Assembly (NCBI RefSeq): GCF_011745625.1
Contig: NW_027191470.1
Span: forward strand, 62,001-126,000
From: Cladosporium halotolerans
Taxonomy: Eukaryota
DNA: 64,000 nucleotides
Direction: 5' to 3'
Positions 59,586 through 64,000 of the stretch are shown here, in pieces. The translations under genes and the position numbers were made by a program. The stretch's first letter is position 1. Each line of letters begins with the position of its first letter. The notes below the pieces were generated by a model. That model searched no databases. It was not told where the DNA came from and worked only from the letters and a program-made list of their open reading frames with translations.

Positions 59586-61303
59586 TCATTCGCTGTCCTC
59601 ACCCCACTGATACTTCAGTTTCTCCACGAGTCGCTGGACGCGCCATCCAGTGCGACTTTGCATCATGTGGAGGAAGTCGAGAGAGGCTTGCTGGTCTCCA
59701 TGTCTTCGCAAACAGCCACCCCACACTGCCAGACAGTGATGCGCGGTAAACCAGGCGTTTTGCGCACGTTCGTTCGATGTCGCGATGCCGACGACATGCA
59801 GGAGGTGGTGTCGAACTTGCTGCTCAACAGCCCTGTGCTCCTCGATATACTGAAGGAAGTTTGAAGAGGTCATCCGGTTAGATACAGCGAGTACGAGCTG
59901 AGCGATGTGGTAGTACTGCAGTCCGACCGCGTGGTGAGCAGCAAGCATCCAGATCTCTGGCAAGTATCGACTCAAAGCTGGCTTGCGGGGAACGTAATGG
60001 ATAGGACGGAAGGAGATAGGTTTCGAGTGATCCCAGTCCCTCAATTTGGCTTTCAGTTGGTCTGTCACACTCTTCTCTGTGGTGTCCTCGAAGGCATGAG
60101 AAAGGATTTCGCCAAGGAGGAGCACCATTCTGTTTGCCCATGCGGCGTCACCGTTCCCTTTGACCCAGCTCGCGTGTTTAAATGCCGCCAGGCTGGACCG
60201 TAATGGAGTTTGCGTTGACAGGGAGACGTAGATCTCTTCGCGAAGGCAGAGCCAGGCGGTAGCTTCCCCAAGCCCGCCTGCGCTCAGAAGATTGTACTTG
60301 TTCTCTAAGATGCGGGAGACACCCTCCAGATGGAATCGTTCATCGTCTTCTATACCGGACGTCAGAAGGTACACGACCAAGTAACTTTTGGAGACCCACC
60401 ATCCATTTCTTCATTCTGCCGCAAAATTGCCACCGCAGCCAAAGTCGATTCATTGACGGGCTGAGGGGCGGAAATGGCAGGTATGAGCAATTGCAAACAC
60501 ATACTCTGGTACTCGAGGGCCGTAGTATCTTGATCAATTCGACTCCTGTTCACATGTCTCGAAGAAAATGCGCAGATGGCGTAGAGCAGAACAGGGTTGG
60601 TGAGTGCGCGGCTGGTTGCCTCGAGCTCGAAGCTCCGGCCCGGATCAGTGCCGTCTGCCCACAATGCCATGTTATCGCTGAAGTTGCGTAGGAGCATGGC
60701 CTCAGTCTCAGACAAACGAGGGGCAGATTGCAATCCTGGTGATTGCACCTGGTCAGATCCTACAGATTGTGTCCATGGCGAGTCGTGCGATTGTGGTCGA
60801 TTATTCACCCACTCCTGGGCCGAAGTATCAGCTGCAGATGCCAGCACGTGAGATGATGGCGAGTTGATCAATGCGGTTCCGCCGATTGGAAAAGTCTGTA
60901 TGGGGTCTGGTTGTGTTTGATGGGTCAAGCTTCCAGAGTCCTCATGTGACGCTTGAGTGAGACCAATGCCATTTCTCGGACCGTTCTCGACACGAAGTGT
61001 CGGTAAGATTGCGTCGTTTTCATAACCCGGACCATACGCATCATACATGCCCACCAATCTAGGTGTCTCGTCGTGATATCGAAGAGCCGTCTTTGGTAGC
61101 GTCCATACCTGCCGGGAGGGGAAATCTCGGCCATCACCAGCCTCGTGTCCGGAGTGATGCTTGAATCTGATGGCAGATGTCCGGATACACTCCATTCCGG
61201 CTCGACGGCATTCTCTGCAGGGCTCCTCGAAAGGATCACATCTGACCTTTCGGATACGGCATGCTTCGCACACCGGCAGAGGCTTCGGCATGGCACCGCT
61301 CAT
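59586..61303 (-). CDS. Zn(II)2Cys6 transcription factor (ArcA-like type), one intron (60350-60399)
   Basis: CEACRIRKVRCDPFEEPCRECRRAGMEC, LLYAICAFSSRH, LAAVAILRQNEEMD, WLCLREEIYVS and WANRM. Confidence 0.88.
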
Positions 61304-61721
61304 CGCACGTATTCACCATGCACTGCGCCCATTGTGAGGTACCTACACCTCTAGTAGATTAGGACGCGGTTCAAATCAGAGTGAGCAGCCATCAAAATTG
61401 ATAGTACGATTCAGAAACACGCGCAAGGCATGAGATGAGTGATCGCGCCAAGCCAGCGGAGAAAGCGCGGCACGAGAACTGAAGCCACAATAGGTGATGA
61501 GACGCCACAACGATCTTCGGATTTTGAGAGTTGATAAGAATGCAGGTGGCAAACTTCGAGCTGACAATGACGTTCCATTAAAATACCATCATTGGCAATG
61601 TCACGCATACTGGGCATCTCTGAGAACGGCCATTCCGAACAACAACATTTCCGCACTCGCATAAACCGGCCTAAGATCAACATATGTTACGTTCTCAAAC
61701 CAGTGATCACGACTATGGCTC

Positions 61722-63485
61722 TCACACCTTGCTTGGTTTGTCAGCAGGCCCTCTTGCCTTCTCACCAAGCTTGTACTCTTTCCTCCATTCCTCTGCGTAC
61801 TTGACGCCGAATCCGTGCTCGAAGACCTGCCGGACCTCTTCAAGTGTCATCTGCGAGGCTTCAGGGAAGCAGAAGAAAACGAACACCCAACCGAGGAAGC
61901 ACAGCCCAGCATAGAAGCCGAAGGTCCCGGAAGGCGTCATGTGCTTCATCATCGTGAGAAACGTGGCCGACACAACGATGTTGGGGCCCCAGTTGAACAC
62001 GTTGATCATCATCGTGCCCATCGCTCTGACCTCCATGGGAAGGAACTCGTTCGCTTGCCACGGGACGCAGCCTAGGCCTGCCGCATAAAAAGCGACGAAT
62101 AGGATCATGGCTACCAAGACGAGGTATGCAGGCCATCCCACGGAGTCGGAGGTCAGCTCAAGTGTCTTGTGGTCGATCGGCACCCAGACAAACGCAACAG
62201 CGGCAAGTACTAGGCAGACCGGCATGCCCCACATGGTCCAGAGCAGAAGGCGACGGCGTCCAACACGGTCAATGATGAAAATGCTCAAGACGGTGAAAAT
62301 CCAGTTGACAACGGCGACCACACTGCCGACGGCGATTGGGTTGGAAAACCCGACAATGTCGAAGAGGGTCGAGGAGTAATCTGAAGGCAAGTCAGTTGAT
62401 TTCTTCGTAAGCATTCACCCGGAGGTCTTACACATGAGCGTGTTGAATCCGCAAAATTGCTGGAAGAACATCAAGCCACAAGCAGCAACACAGGCTCGGA
62501 GGTTTGCTGGGATCGTGAAGAGCATGCTGAGCGATTTGCGCAGCGAGATCTCCTCGTTCAAACTCTTCGCAGCGTTGACGCCATGCTCGATCGAGATGAG
62601 TTTTTCTTGGACCTGTTGTTCCGAGGCATTCACGTAAATTCGGCGAATGACGCGCTCGCACTGATCTCGGCGACCATGGTACATGAGCTGTCTCGGCGAC
62701 TCAGGACACCAGAAGAGGAGAATGCCGAGGACAATTGAAGGTAACATGCCCAATCCGATCATGTAGCGCCAGCCATGAGCGACCTTGTAGAATGCTGCAT
62801 CGAATGCATAAGCAAGCACTGAACCAGTCCCGAGGAAGATCATGTCAACAGAGATCATCCGTCCTCGGAAGCGTGCAGGACTGATCTCGGCGATGTACAG
62901 GGGAACAATCATGCTTGCGCTGCCAACACCGAGGCCGATGCAGAAGCGGCCGGCACACATTTGAGCGATACTGAATGAAGTCGCTTGAACGAGGGCGCCG
63001 ACAGTCTTTTTGATAGTATCATGGTCAGCTGGTGTTTGGGTGTCTTCCATTCCGGGCACTTACGAAAAGAACACTGGAGAACCAGATCGCGGGCTTTCGA
63101 CCATACTTGTCAGAGGTGATACCTGCCAGGATGGCACCCACGAGCGCACCAGCAGCACACAGCGCGGTAATAGCTTCTTTCTCAGAGTCGGTGACTTCCC
63201 TGCCACCTAGATCTGTGCCGAGCACCACAAGGACACCCGATATGACACCAGTATCGTCTATGGTCGTGTCAACCTATGCAACGTCCCTTCTTCGTTGGAA
63301 TCAAACTTACAGCCAAAAAGCATGCCTCCGATAGCTGTTGCTGCTGCACACAGCCAGACAAATGCACCCGGCTTGGTGTCTTCGATGGTATCCAGCCTGC
63401 TCATGTCGTCTGCGTTCTCGATCATAACGGCCCCGTGCTTCTCAGTGTGGACATTATCGTCGACGATGTTCTTTTCTGTGGCCAT
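61722..63485 (-). CDS. MFS sugar porter, myo-inositol transporter (ITR)-like, 4 exons
   Basis: Introns 63258-63310, 63006-63063 (AAG acceptor) and 62381-62431. Motifs GGMLFG-YDTGVISG, SDKYGRK, PLYIAEISP..FRG, PESPR, QQFCGFNTLM-YYS and IDRVGRRR. Confidence 0.9.
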
Positions 63486-64000
63486 TATAATGTATGTCTG
63501 TCTTGGCAGATGTGTCTTGGTAGACGGTAAGGTTGGTGTTCGGAAAAAGGATGGCGCGTCTACACTACCAAGATAAGATGATGGCAGATCAGTGAAAAAA
63601 CAGCGTCCTCAAGGGAGATATATATACACCAGGGCTCTACCATGTGCCTTCATGTCTCTACCACAGTCCGGACAGATGAGCCCGCGAAGAGTCTAGCCCG
63701 GTAACCCTCGCCCTACCTAGAATGAGGCTGCATTCTGGGGATCCCGCATCTTGCACCTCGTAGGTCTGGGGAAGCTCAAACCTAGATCTTGCATGACACA
63801 CCCGCCAAGTCATGCTGCGACTTTATGAATACTGAATCGAGGGTATGCTGAAAATTCCCCGCCCTGTCTCCCTTCTTTGTGATGCTGCCAAAGAAGTTGT
63901 GGCGCTGGGAGGCGCTCCGAAGCGACAGCGTTGTGAGCCCCGAGGTCAACCCGACCTCACTAATCAGGTTAGAGTCACCGAGATCATGGCAACTCTCACC

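Noticed and set aside
1..64000. Transposons, RIP-degraded AT-rich blocks, CRISPR arrays, rRNA
   Set aside because: No transposase or reverse-transcriptase motifs, long repeats, AT-rich tracts or spacer arrays seen.

Overview
Intron-containing, GC-rich genomic DNA from a filamentous ascomycete (Dothideomycete-like by gene content; not provable from sequence alone). I built about 21 gene models by hand from GT-AG splice sites. Housekeeping genes: KAP104 (5' truncated), BST1, BOS1, phospholipase D, SPO71-like and a gamma-tubulin complex component. Functional modules: (1) divergent niiA/niaD nitrate-assimilation pair with GATA and NirA/NIT4 sites; (2) alpha-glucoside-type MFS permease, GH27 alpha-galactosidase ending in KEEL, Mpv17/PMP22 protein and a Zn2Cys6 factor; (3) divergent BIM1-like His-brace GPI protein and a metalloreductase with a Met-rich N-terminus, sharing a promoter with a repeated GGATACTTGCTC motif, followed by a secreted GMC oxidoreductase, a short secreted tyrosinase and a PTH11-like membrane protein; (4) HAK/KUP K+ transporter, Zn2Cys6 factor and inositol-type MFS transporter. 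Not in the ORF track: a cytochrome P450 3' relic at 23.3-23.6 kb and a recurring strand-symmetric C-rich to G-rich compositional switch. No rRNA, tRNA, CRISPR or recognisable transposon was found. All family assignments come from motif recognition, not database searches.
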